Shown piece by piece: positions 21,006-29,942 of a stretch of DNA of 64,000 bases. Numbering within the stretch: position 1 is the first letter of the stretch; each line of letters starts with the position of its first letter. The DNA lies in assembly GCA_963702095.1 (NCBI GenBank), contig OY969706.1:1472001-1536000 (forward strand). Reading direction: 5' to 3'. The position numbers and the translations under genes were made by a program. Source of the stretch: Candidatus Bathyarchaeota archaeon. GTDB lineage: Archaea; Thermoproteota; Bathyarchaeia; Bathyarchaeales; Bathycorpusculaceae. A model generated the notes under the pieces. It searched no databases. It saw nothing but the letters and a program-made list of their open reading frames with translations, and was not told where the DNA came from.

Positions 21006-21137
21006 ATTTAACCTCCTGTGCGTCTGAACTGGTGAAAAAATGAAAGCTCCGCATATCCAAGAAAAGCAATGGAATGGCACAGTAGTGGCCAGAAGATGCA
21101 CTGAATTTTTTCATCGGTTGGCAAAAGAGGTTTGGAT
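21006..21137 (+). ncRNA. Candidate structured RNA or 5' leader (long imperfect hairpin)
   Basis: 21027-21041 aactggtgaaaaaat pairs with 21105-21119 attttttcatcggtt; aacctc/gaggtt outer stem. Confidence 0.4.
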
Positions 21138-21227
21138 ACACAATACCCCCTTTTGTGTTTCCCTTGAACAAAGAGCACCCAGACCTCTGAAACCAACCAC
21201 CCCCACTAAAATGGAGAAAAAAGTGTT

Positions 21228-21515
21228 ATGCCAACAGCTTATGTCCTCTTAAATACAGAAATAGGAGCCGAAAAACAGGTTCTTAAAGCGCTCAGAAGAA
21301 TCGAGGGTGTTGAGGAAGCCCACAACTTATGGGGCGTCTACGATATCATCGCTAACGTTAAAGCGGAAAGCATGGAAGAACTCAAACACATCATAACCAG
21401 AAGAATCGAAGGCATCGGCCAAATCAACTCTAAATTAACGATGATTATCACTGAGCAGCCTCCCTTGGAATTGCAGCAACAGGTTTACTTTGAACCCGCT
21501 CCACTAATTCACTAA
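21228..21515 (+). CDS. Stand-alone Lrp/AsnC RAM domain protein
   Basis: MPTAYVLLNTE..GVYDIIANV..SKLTMI. Confidence 0.88.
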   Translation: MPTAYVLLNTEIGAEKQVLKALRRIEGVEEAHNLWGVYDIIANVKAESMEELKHIITRRIEGIGQINSKLTMIITEQPPLELQQQVYFEPAPLIH

Positions 21516-21516
21516 G

Positions 21517-21538
21517 TAGCCCAACTTTTTTTGGGCTA
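21517..21538 (+). terminator. Perfect 8-bp inverted repeat after the RAM gene (terminator or operator)
   Basis: TAGCCCAA-cttttt-TTGGGCTA. Confidence 0.4.
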
Positions 21539-21591
21539 ACAATATTTTTTACCTTCATCTTTTTCTTTATCCCTCACTGGAGCCGCTAACC

Positions 21592-22935
21592 TTGCCAGCA
21601 CAGCACACCCTACATATCGGTTTAGACGATACTGACTCAACCAAAGGAGGCTGCACCACCTACCTCACAGCGGTCCTCATCGAAAAACTCAGCCAATTCA
21701 ACGTAGAATACCTTGACTACCCCCTGCTGGTACGGCTCAACCCGAACGTGCCCTGGAAAACCCGTGGCAACGGCGCGCTGTGCCTCCGAATCAGCTATGA
21801 TGCAAAATTTCAAGAAGAAATCAAAGATACCGCAACCACCCTTTGGGAAGAGCACTCTGCTATCGACCAAAAGGGCACAGACCCGGGTTTAGTCTTTTTC
21901 GAAGGCTCAAACATCCCACCTGAACTAACTGTTTTCTCCAAAAAAACCGAAACCACAGTCGTAACCCTCAAAGAAGCAATGGCACTCATCAAAAAGTTCG
22001 GTGCAGAAGCAGAGGGCTACAACAGTTGCCGCGGCGTCATCGGTGCCTTAGCCGCTGTCGGCGAAACACTGGACTGCGACTACACCTACGAACTCATCGC
22101 TTACCGAACCCCAGAGAATTTGGGCACTAAGCGGCGGGTGGATGCAGCATCGATTTTTGAGATGGATAGGCAAACCCAGCCCTACACGTTCAACAACGTG
22201 GATGTGGAGAAGGGCAGAGTAATCATTACGCCCCGTGGCCCCGACCCCATCCTGTTTGGCATAAGGGGGGAAACGCCGGAGACCGTCAAGAAAGCTTTCA
22301 GCATAGTGAAGCCGCTGGAGCCTGTGGAGCGCTGGGTGATTTTCCGTAGCAACCAAGGCACAGACGCTCACCTCAGAAGCATCGAAAACTTGGGTAAAGC
22401 GGAGCCATATCAATCAGTCGTCGCCAAAGGAACCGTGTCCCAGAATCCCCGCATAGTTCCGTTGCGGCATGTTATCTTCTCCATAAAAGATGCATACGGG
22501 GAAATTGACTGCGCCGCTTACGAGCCCACTGGAGAGTTGCGTAAAATCGCGCAGGAGCTGGCTGTCGGCGACAAGGTGGAGGTCTGCGGGGCGGTACATA
22601 AAGCCACGGCAAAGCGTCCATTGACGATTAACTTGGAAAAAATCCGCGTCTTAAGCCTTGTCCAGAAAACCCAGAGCGAAAACCCGCTGTGTCCCAACTG
22701 TGGCAAACGCTTGAAATCCATGGGCAAAAATCAGGGGTATCGCTGTGAACGGTGCGGCGGCAAATACGCTGAGCTAAAAAAGAAGGAATCTTTTGTGCCT
22801 CGGTTGTTGGAGGCTGGGTTGTATGTGACTTCGACGCGGTCTCAGAGGCATCTTACTAAGCCGCTTAGGCGTTATGGGCAAGAAAAAGCTGACGCGTCAG
22901 GCAATCATTTTATCGGTGAGTGGCATTCGCCTTAG
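21592..22935 (+). CDS. tiaS: tRNA(Ile2) agmatinylcytidine synthase
   Basis: IGLDDTDS..GGCTT, RLNPNVPWKTRGNG, NQGTDAH, OB fold and Zn ribbon. Confidence 0.95.
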   Translation: MPAQHTLHIGLDDTDSTKGGCTTYLTAVLIEKLSQFNVEYLDYPLLVRLNPNVPWKTRGNGALCLRISYDAKFQEEIKDTATTLWEEHSAIDQKGTDPGLVFFEGSNIPPELTVFSKKTETTVVTLKEAMALIKKFGAEAEGYNSCRGVIGALAAVGETLDCDYTYELIAYRTPENLGTKRRVDAASIFEMDRQTQPYTFNNVDVEKGRVIITPRGPDPILFGIRGETPETVKKAFSIVKPLEPVERWVIFRSNQGTDAHLRSIENLGKAEPYQSVVAKGTVSQNPRIVPLRHVIFSIKDAYGEIDCAAYEPTGELRKIAQELAVGDKVEVCGAVHKATAKRPLTINLEKIRVLSLVQKTQSENPLCPNCGKRLKSMGKNQGYRCERCGGKYAELKKKESFVPRLLEAGLYVTSTRSQRHLTKPLRRYGQEKADASGNHFIGEWHSP

Positions 22936-23051
22936 AGCAGGATTTGTTCTATCCCGGTGGATCATGTAAAGTATGATATGTTCGTTTTTGATAATATATC
23001 GAATTTGAAATAAATGATTATATTAAGACTCCCTATTGTTCGTGTATTGAA

Positions 23052-23474
23052 GTGCAACATATGAGCAGTACAACATCACTACAACTAATCTGCCCCGTAG
23101 TAATAGACAGCAATCTTGAAGTGGCACTTATCGACTTGAACAAAAGCGTTGCCACAGTGAAAGGTACCTTTAACATTGTGCTCTTGGATGCGGTGGACTC
23201 TGCCTTCTCTACTATAAGGGGCTTCAATAGTGAAGTGCTCTATTCTCACCTAAAAAGCAAGTTTGGCATCAACAGAGAGGCGATTCCCGATGACGTTGTA
23301 GGTTTCGCCGCTGCCTTGGAAGAGACTTTTGGAGTGGGCGCGTTACTAATAGAGATAGAGATAATGAAGTCTCTCCACTGCAAATTATCACACATCAGGT
23401 TTTCGCCCAAACAAAATGAACTATGTTTTTCAAGTTATTTAGAGCACGGCTGCAGCCACATGAATACTATGTGA
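23052..23474 (+). CDS. Hypothetical protein resembling small TACK helical domains (DUF3227/NitrOD5-like)
   Basis: Pattern LYSHLKSKFGINREAIP..FAAALEETFG.GA..IE. Confidence 0.55.
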   Translation: MQHMSSTTSLQLICPVVIDSNLEVALIDLNKSVATVKGTFNIVLLDAVDSAFSTIRGFNSEVLYSHLKSKFGINREAIPDDVVGFAAALEETFGVGALLIEIEIMKSLHCKLSHIRFSPKQNELCFSSYLEHGCSHMNTM

Positions 23475-23571
23475 CTTCCTATTTTTCGTTTATTTTTTAT
23501 GCTCAGCTTTAAATCCGACAAACCCATAAACCCACTACTGCAAATCACTTCAGCGGTAAAGATGACCCTTC

Positions 23572-26379
23572 ATGGTTGAAAAAACGTTCCCAGCAGAAGC
23601 TTACCAACTTCCATTCTTCAAAGAAGAAGGCTTTGTCAGAAAACATTGCCTCAAATGCGGCGAATGGTTTTGGACACAAAACCAGAGCCAAGAAACCTGC
23701 GGTGAATCCGGCAGCGACGAATGCGGCTGCTACACGTTTTTAGGTAACCCCGCAACAAAACGCAAGTACACCCTGCCAGAAATGCGTGAAGCCTTCCTCT
23801 CCTTCTTTGAGCAGAACGGTCACACACGGATTAAGCCTTACCCCGTGGTTGCAAGGTGGAGAAAAGACATCTACCTCACCCACGCCTCAATCATCGACTT
23901 CCAACCCTACGTAACAGAGGGCATTGCGCCTCCCCCGGCTAATCCCTTAGTGATTTCTCAGCCATCCATCAGGTTAACCGACATATCCAACACCGGCCCC
24001 ACCTTTGGACGCCACTTAACCATCTTCGAAATGGGCGGTGCCCACGCCTTCAATTATCCAGACAAAGAAATCTACTGGAAAGACGAAACTGTGCGCTTGC
24101 ACCAACGCTTCTGCACAGAAGCCTTAGGCATACCCTCTGAGGAAGTCATTTACAAGGAGGGGGTTTGGGTTGGCGGGGGAAACGCTGGTCCTGACGTAGA
24201 ATGCATCGTCCGCGGCCTCGAAGTGGGAACGTTGGTGTTTATGCAGTACAAAGTTGTCGGCGACGACTTTGTGCAGTTGCCAATCCGCACTGTTGACACT
24301 GGTTATGGCATCGACCGGTTCGCATGGATTAGCCAGGGTGTTCCAAGCTTGTTCCAAGCGATTTACGGCAGCCTCCTCGACAAAGTCTTCTCTATGGCGG
24401 GCATAACCAACATAGATAACGACTTTTTGATGCGGGTTGCTAAATACTCTGGGTTAGTAAGTGTGGATAAACGGGCAAACCGCATGGTTGCACGGAAACG
24501 GGTTTCTGAACTCACCGGCATCGACCTATCGACGCTGGAGAAAACCCTTGTGCCCATCGAGAACGCTTGGGCAGTCACCGACCACACTAAAACACTGAGC
24601 TTCATGCTAAGCGAAGGCGTAGTGCCCTCCAACATCCAGGAAGGTTACCTCGCAAGGCTGCTGTTCCGCAGAGTCTACCGCCTAATGCGTACCCTCAACA
24701 TGGACCCTGCTCAACTCTATGATATAGTGGAGATGCAGGCGGATTTCTGGGCTAAAGATTTCCCCCATATAAAGGAAATGCAGGGAGAAATCATCGAAAT
24801 GCTCAAAGTGGAAGAAGAAAAATTCAAAGACACCCTGCAACGCGGCGAAGGCATGGTTAAACGCATCGCAGCCGACCTCAAATCCAAAGGTGAGAACAAA
24901 CTCTCAGAAGGCAAACTTGCTGAACTCTACGACTCACAGGGGCTCCCCCCAGAAATCGTTAAGCAAGCTGCTGAAAAAGAAGGCGTCGACGTCGATGTCC
25001 CCGAGAACTTTTACGCATTAATTGCCAACCGCCACATGCAAGCACCCAAACCAGTGGAAGAAGAAGAAACCAAAGCTGAAGAAGACCTCGAAAAAGCTGC
25101 TGAGCAACTTAGGGGAACAGAGCCCCTCTACTATGCAGACGGCTACATGAAAGACTTCGAAGCTGTGGTGCTAAAAGTCATCGGCGGCGTCTATGTTGTG
25201 TTGGACCGCACTTGCTTCTACCCTGAAGGCGGCGGACAACCCAGCGACTTAGGCACCTTAACATATGGCAACTTGATGTTTGAAATTGTGGATGTACACA
25301 AAATCGGCAAAGTAATCGTGCACAAACTCAAAACGGAAGCAACCTTTGGCGAAGGCAGCACCGTCAGTGGACACCTGAACTGGGAACGCCGCTACCAACT
25401 CATGAAATCCCACACCGTAACCCACCTCATAAACGGCGCAGCACGCCGCGTCCTAGGCGAACATGTGTGGCAATCAGGTACTCAAAAGGGGCTGGAAAGC
25501 TCACGCCTCGACATAAGCCACTACCGCAGACTCAGCCAAGAAGAAACCCACAAAATCGAAACGCTCGCAAACCAAGCCATCGCATCCAACATGAAAGTCG
25601 AAACCACCTGGCTACCCCGCAACGAAGCCGAAGCACGCTATGGATTCCGCCTCTATCAGGGCGGCGCTGTACCCGGCAAAGACATCCGCGTCGTCAAAAC
25701 AGGCGACTGGGACGTGGAAGCCTGTGCAGGTACCCATTTGGGCAGCACTGGCGAAGTGGGCTTCGTCAAAATCGTCTATACCGAACGTGTGCAAGACGGC
25801 GTTGAACGCCTGGGCTATGCGGTTGGGTTAAAAGCGCTCCAGGCAGTGCAGCAACAGGAAAGTTTGCTCAGCAAAGTCTCAGAAGTGCTCAATGCGCCGG
25901 TGGAGAAGCTGGATAAAACCGCTGAGAAAGTCGTCAAGGAACTCAAAGAGGCGCTGCTGGAGAAGCGCCGCTTAATCAAGGAACTTGCAGAAAAGGAAAG
26001 TTCAGTCGCGCAGTCGCAGGCAGCCCAAGCCGCGGTTGAAGCAGAAGGCATCTCCATTGTCAAGCGGGATTTCGGCGACGTCATAGACGGCAACCGCATG
26101 GTTCAAACAGCCCAAGAAGTTATAAAACACAATGAAGCCGTCGTGACACTTTACTTTGGATGTGACGGTAAAACCTGTAGAGTCCTAATTATGGCGGGCA
26201 CAGAAGCAGTCAAAAAAGGCGTCAACGCAGGCTTAGTGGTAAAAGAGGTTGCGCCAATCATGGGTGGCGGAGGCGGCGGCAGACCCAACTTTGCGCAGGG
26301 CGGCGGCACCAAATGTGACAAGCTATCTGAAACCGTGGATGCTGCGGAAAAAGCCATTCTAGCGCAGCTCAAGCATTAA
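23572..26379 (+). CDS. alaS: Alanine--tRNA ligase (archaeal type)
   Basis: PYPVVARWR, DTGYGIDR, editing HTVTH and ACAGTH, GGGGGRPNFAQGGG. Confidence 0.98.
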   Translation: MVEKTFPAEAYQLPFFKEEGFVRKHCLKCGEWFWTQNQSQETCGESGSDECGCYTFLGNPATKRKYTLPEMREAFLSFFEQNGHTRIKPYPVVARWRKDIYLTHASIIDFQPYVTEGIAPPPANPLVISQPSIRLTDISNTGPTFGRHLTIFEMGGAHAFNYPDKEIYWKDETVRLHQRFCTEALGIPSEEVIYKEGVWVGGGNAGPDVECIVRGLEVGTLVFMQYKVVGDDFVQLPIRTVDTGYGIDRFAWISQGVPSLFQAIYGSLLDKVFSMAGITNIDNDFLMRVAKYSGLVSVDKRANRMVARKRVSELTGIDLSTLEKTLVPIENAWAVTDHTKTLSFMLSEGVVPSNIQEGYLARLLFRRVYRLMRTLNMDPAQLYDIVEMQADFWAKDFPHIKEMQGEIIEMLKVEEEKFKDTLQRGEGMVKRIAADLKSKGENKLSEGKLAELYDSQGLPPEIVKQAAEKEGVDVDVPENFYALIANRHMQAPKPVEEEETKAEEDLEKAAEQLRGTEPLYYADGYMKDFEAVVLKVIGGVYVVLDRTCFYPEGGGQPSDLGTLTYGNLMFEIVDVHKIGKVIVHKLKTEATFGEGSTVSGHLNWERRYQLMKSHTVTHLINGAARRVLGEHVWQSGTQKGLESSRLDISHYRRLSQEETHKIETLANQAIASNMKVETTWLPRNEAEARYGFRLYQGGAVPGKDIRVVKTGDWDVEACAGTHLGSTGEVGFVKIVYTERVQDGVERLGYAVGLKALQAVQQQESLLSKVSEVLNAPVEKLDKTAEKVVKELKEALLEKRRLIKELAEKESSVAQSQAAQAAVEAEGISIVKRDFGDVIDGNRMVQTAQEVIKHNEAVVTLYFGCDGKTCRVLIMAGTEAVKKGVNAGLVVKEVAPIMGGGGGGRPNFAQGGGTKCDKLSETVDAAEKAILAQLKH

Positions 26380-26457
26380 CCCCAGTTCACCCTTTTCTTG
26401 GGGGGCTATCGATTTTTTTATTAGTCACCCATAACATATCAGGGGCAGGTGTAGGGT

Positions 26458-26793
26458 TTGGATGCGTTCACAAAAGTGGTGTTGGGGTCGATTCTGATTT
26501 TTCTAGCCGCTTTTGCATTCATAGGCTATGTTACCCTCGACGCTATTCAGGGATCGAAAATTCCTGATGAACAATACGGCGTCGTCGCCTCAAAAGCGCC
26601 AGTTACAGATGGGTACCCAGCGCAGTACGTGGTGAATTCAGTCGATGGCAAAGCCTTCTACATCCAAAGCAACACTACACTCTACGACAGTATCCGAGAA
26701 AACGTTTCCTACGTCTTTATTTGCCGCATAGACGTACCTAACAATAAATTGCTCCTTGATAGAGTGAACCAAGTCAACAGGACAGCTTCATAG
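26458..26793 (+). CDS. Hypothetical protein with N-terminal TM
   Basis: One TM then beta-rich domain; SD-like ggtg upstream. Confidence 0.6.
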   Translation: MDAFTKVVLGSILIFLAAFAFIGYVTLDAIQGSKIPDEQYGVVASKAPVTDGYPAQYVVNSVDGKAFYIQSNTTLYDSIRENVSYVFICRIDVPNNKLLLDRVNQVNRTAS

Positions 26794-26849
26794 AAGAGCC
26801 TTGATAGAACATATGTCTTAGCTGTTGACTAAGTTTATTGAGGTACAGA

Positions 26850-27030
26850 TTTCTCTCTTTATGTGGGTGTGGCAGTTTGCGGGGTGCCACAAGACGGCAG
26901 TTGGGGGCGATTGCTTTTTGTGGTTGCAACGTTTTTCTGCGCCTGTTATGGTGTGGCATATGGATTTTTCTCCACACGCGGTACATGGGTCTATGTTGAA
27001 ACCGACTGATGTGTATGTGAAACCATGTAT
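26850..27030 (+). repeat. Dispersed intergenic repeat family B, copy 2
   Basis: Co-linear with 15788-15966 and 56697-56881. Confidence 0.85.
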
Positions 27031-27132
27031 AGTTTGCTTATTTTTTGCAGACCTTTTCAATTCCCTTTTTATTTCAGTGGCATGCATTTAAGTATCTTAA
27101 GGTAATCCAAATTTATTCAGCAGTGAACTCTT

Positions 27133-28035
27133 ATGCCCTACGATAAGGAAGAACTTGAAAAATTCCGTTTGTCCGGCCGCATCCTGCGGGAGGCACGCGA
27201 GGAAATGCGTGGCTACGTCAAGGAGAACATGCCCTGTATCGAGGTCTGTGAGAAAGCGGAGGGCTTAATCCGCCAGAAAGGCGGCAAACCAGCCTTTCCG
27301 GTCAACGTAAGCATAAACGAAGTTGCTGCCCACTACACTTCGCCGCCCGGCGACACATCAACGATTCCTGAGGGGTCAACCGTTAAAGTGGACCTTGGCG
27401 TGCAAGTGGACGGGTATGTAACTGACACTGCGTTTACGGCGGCGTTTAGCCTTGAGGGCAGGGCTATGAAAGCCACAGCGGAACTTGCGCTCCAAACAGT
27501 AATCGACAACATCCATGGGGGCATGGCACTTGAAAACATTGGCGAATTGGCTGAAAAAACCATCAAAAACCGAGGGTTCAAACCCATCAGCAACCTCACC
27601 GGGCACAGCGTAGGCAGGTACCTCATCCACGCAGGCACATCTATCCCTAGTGTTTCAGGATTCAACCCCCATAAAGTCAAAACAGGAGAAGTCTATGCCA
27701 TAGAGCCCTTCGTAACGTTGCCTGACGCGATTGCACGGGTGGACGATTACCCGCAGACCACTATCTACCGATTCCTTAAAGCAAAATCATTAAAAACGGA
27801 TTCGGCGAAGAAACTTTCCAGATATATTGAAGCTAACTTCCGAACGTTGCCGTTTGCGGAACGCTGGCTCATCGGCGTATTGCCACAGGAAAAGCATAAA
27901 GTTGCGTTCAAAGAACTCCAAGCCTCAAAGACAGTGATGAAGTACCCTGTGTTTATTGAGGCAAGCAAAAAACTGGTAGCTCAAGCAGAGCACACGTTGT
28001 TAATAAAAGAGGATGGGTGTGAAGTTTTAACCTAG
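27133..28035 (+). CDS. map: Type II methionine aminopeptidase
   Basis: AFPVNVSINEVAAHYT, DLGVQVDGYVTDTA, NLTGH, AIEPF, AQAEHT. Confidence 0.97.
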   Translation: MPYDKEELEKFRLSGRILREAREEMRGYVKENMPCIEVCEKAEGLIRQKGGKPAFPVNVSINEVAAHYTSPPGDTSTIPEGSTVKVDLGVQVDGYVTDTAFTAAFSLEGRAMKATAELALQTVIDNIHGGMALENIGELAEKTIKNRGFKPISNLTGHSVGRYLIHAGTSIPSVSGFNPHKVKTGEVYAIEPFVTLPDAIARVDDYPQTTIYRFLKAKSLKTDSAKKLSRYIEANFRTLPFAERWLIGVLPQEKHKVAFKELQASKTVMKYPVFIEASKKLVAQAEHTLLIKEDGCEVLT

Positions 28036-28036
28036 C

Positions 28037-28471
28037 TTATATGTTGTAGGTTTTTTCTTTTTCTTTGACTTCTTTGTAGATGGCAGATATCATTTGTTTG
28101 CCGCCGCATTTTCCGCAGGAAACGTCGAGGTCTTTGAAGACGTAGTCGCCGCGTTGGAATTCACGGATGGTTTTGTTGCTGCAGCCTTTGTTTTGGCAGT
28201 CTATGGTGGTCATGACTTTGGGGATATCGATTTTGACTTGTGCGTTTTGTCTTCTGGATTGGTAGAACAGGAACAGTGAAAGCGTCATTGCGATTGCGCC
28301 TATGCCTGCGAGTAGTCCTGCGGGCAATAGGTCGCCTGCGAGGTAGGTTTGAAACGCTATGAACAATGCTACCAGCGACAGCGCCAACACTATGAACACT
28401 ATTAGCGTTAGGTAGTTTTGGATTTTGTTGCTTTGGGAGGATCGAGTGTTTGCCATGATGTTTCGCCTCAT
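28037..28471 (-). CDS. Membrane protein with C-terminal Zn ribbon
   Basis: 2 TM; C....C..REFQRGDYVFK..CGKC. Confidence 0.75.
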   Translation of the reverse strand: MRRNIMANTRSSQSNKIQNYLTLIVFIVLALSLVALFIAFQTYLAGDLLPAGLLAGIGAIAMTLSLFLFYQSRRQNAQVKIDIPKVMTTIDCQNKGCSNKTIREFQRGDYVFKDLDVSCGKCGGKQMISAIYKEVKEKEKTYNI

Positions 28472-29580
28472 TATTGTCCCACTCCGATAGAGTTGCCGAC
28501 GCCAACTATTAGCACGGTATCGCCTTCTTTGGTGCGTTCTTTAACTGCGTCTTTGATGCGTTCGATGGCTTTGTCTACTGCATCGTTGATTTCTTTACGC
28601 ATAGGTGAAACTGCGTCGCCGATGTCTTCTTTCACTATGACTGCGTAGAGTGGAATCTTGTATTTGGTGACTTTTTCTTCTATCTTGAATGCATCTACGC
28701 CTGGTCCGCCGATGGCTGAGCCGATTCCTTCCGCGACTTCGCCGACTCCTTCGCCCTCCAACTTCAAACCCGCGTCAATCATAATCATCAATCCGAATTT
28801 GCCCTGGTTTTCTTCGATGACGGTTTCTATGGCGTCGCCGGGTTTGCCGACGTTGCCGCCTGGACCTTCAGCTTTAAGCACGATTGCGTTGCGTCCCTCT
28901 AATGGAACGTTTGCGACTACGCAGTCTTTGTAGACTTTGCGGACTTCATAGCCATGCATCAGTTTCGATGCAATCAATGGTCCGACGCCGTCGCCTATAG
29001 GTTGGCCGTCTGCGAAGGCTTTGAGTGCTGAAGCGTATGCTTCTGCTTCCTTCATAACCATGGGCAGGATCATTTGGAGCTGCATGATTATGTAGAGGCT
29101 GAGTGTTTTTTTGCCTTGGATGTAGTAGTGGCGGACGACTTTGAAGATGAAGTTAAGTGCCATTGCTGCTTCAAGGGTGTTTTCCAAGTTGTTGATTTGG
29201 ACTTCGTCGGCAGCTACTTGTGGCGCCATAAGTCTGACTTCGTCTTTTAAGCGTTCGTCTCTTATGTCTAAGATGTGGTCAAGTTTGTTAACTATGCCTG
29301 AGGGATCCATGTTTTGGGGGCCGATGGTGAAGTAGTCTAGGTAGCGGTCGACACGTGCAGTGGGGTCGGTGGCTGGTTTACCGATTTCTTTGAGGGTTTC
29401 TATAGCGACTTTGCGTCCCTCTTCTTTTATGATCCGCAGTTTATGGAGGCTGTTTTCGACTTCTCGGATCATCACGTACATCTGTATGCGTTGACCGTAG
29501 AAGATTAGGACTATAAAGAACACGTATGTTAATAGACTGATAACTTGGGTAATTGAATCGCCGCCAGGCATTAAGCTCAC
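28471..29580 (-). CDS. DUF1512-family protein
   Basis: PIGDGVGP, IDAGLKLEGE, GVGNSIGVGQ. Confidence 0.8.
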   Translation of the reverse strand: MSLMPGGDSITQVISLLTYVFFIVLIFYGQRIQMYVMIREVENSLHKLRIIKEEGRKVAIETLKEIGKPATDPTARVDRYLDYFTIGPQNMDPSGIVNKLDHILDIRDERLKDEVRLMAPQVAADEVQINNLENTLEAAMALNFIFKVVRHYYIQGKKTLSLYIIMQLQMILPMVMKEAEAYASALKAFADGQPIGDGVGPLIASKLMHGYEVRKVYKDCVVANVPLEGRNAIVLKAEGPGGNVGKPGDAIETVIEENQGKFGLMIMIDAGLKLEGEGVGEVAEGIGSAIGGPGVDAFKIEEKVTKYKIPLYAVIVKEDIGDAVSPMRKEINDAVDKAIERIKDAVKERTKEGDTVLIVGVGNSIGVGQ

Positions 29581-29664
29581 TTGTAAACACCACTTCTCAA
29601 AAAAACTATTCTCGGTTGGTTATAAAGCTATGCCAAATCTCAGCATAAATAAGCCTGATAAAAT

Positions 29665-29786
29665 GGTTGCCAGCTTTCCCAGGTTCACGTGGCCTAAGAC
29701 CACACTACAGCTGGGAACGGAACACGGTTTAACTTCTGAGTTCGGAATGGGATCAGGTGGAACCCGTGTCCTATGACCGGCAAACC
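29665..29786 (-). rRNA. rrf: 5S rRNA (unlinked)
   Basis: Reverse complement ggtttgccggtcatagg..cacctgatcccattccgaactcagaagttaa..gctggcaacc; 122 nt with paired ends. Confidence 0.95.
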
Positions 29787-29942
29787 AAAACCTACATTTC
29801 CATCTATCCCTAATAAACCTTCAGTTTTCAGCTTGCCAATTTGTTGGAGAAGCCACTTTTCGGCGTGGTTTAAGGGCAACTTTAGGGGTTTAACACGTGG
29901 TTCTTAGCGTTTTTTTGCCAACTACGCACAGGAAAACCTTGG

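Noticed and set aside
26774-27091. Small ORFs (some with CxxC) inside repeat family B, also at 15778-15978 and 56684-56905, suggesting a multicopy peptide
   Set aside because: Each frame checked is broken by a stop in at least one other copy; the similarity is explained by the DNA repeat
29694-29879. 61-aa ORF on the minus strand
   Set aside because: Overlaps the 5S rRNA gene and its promoter
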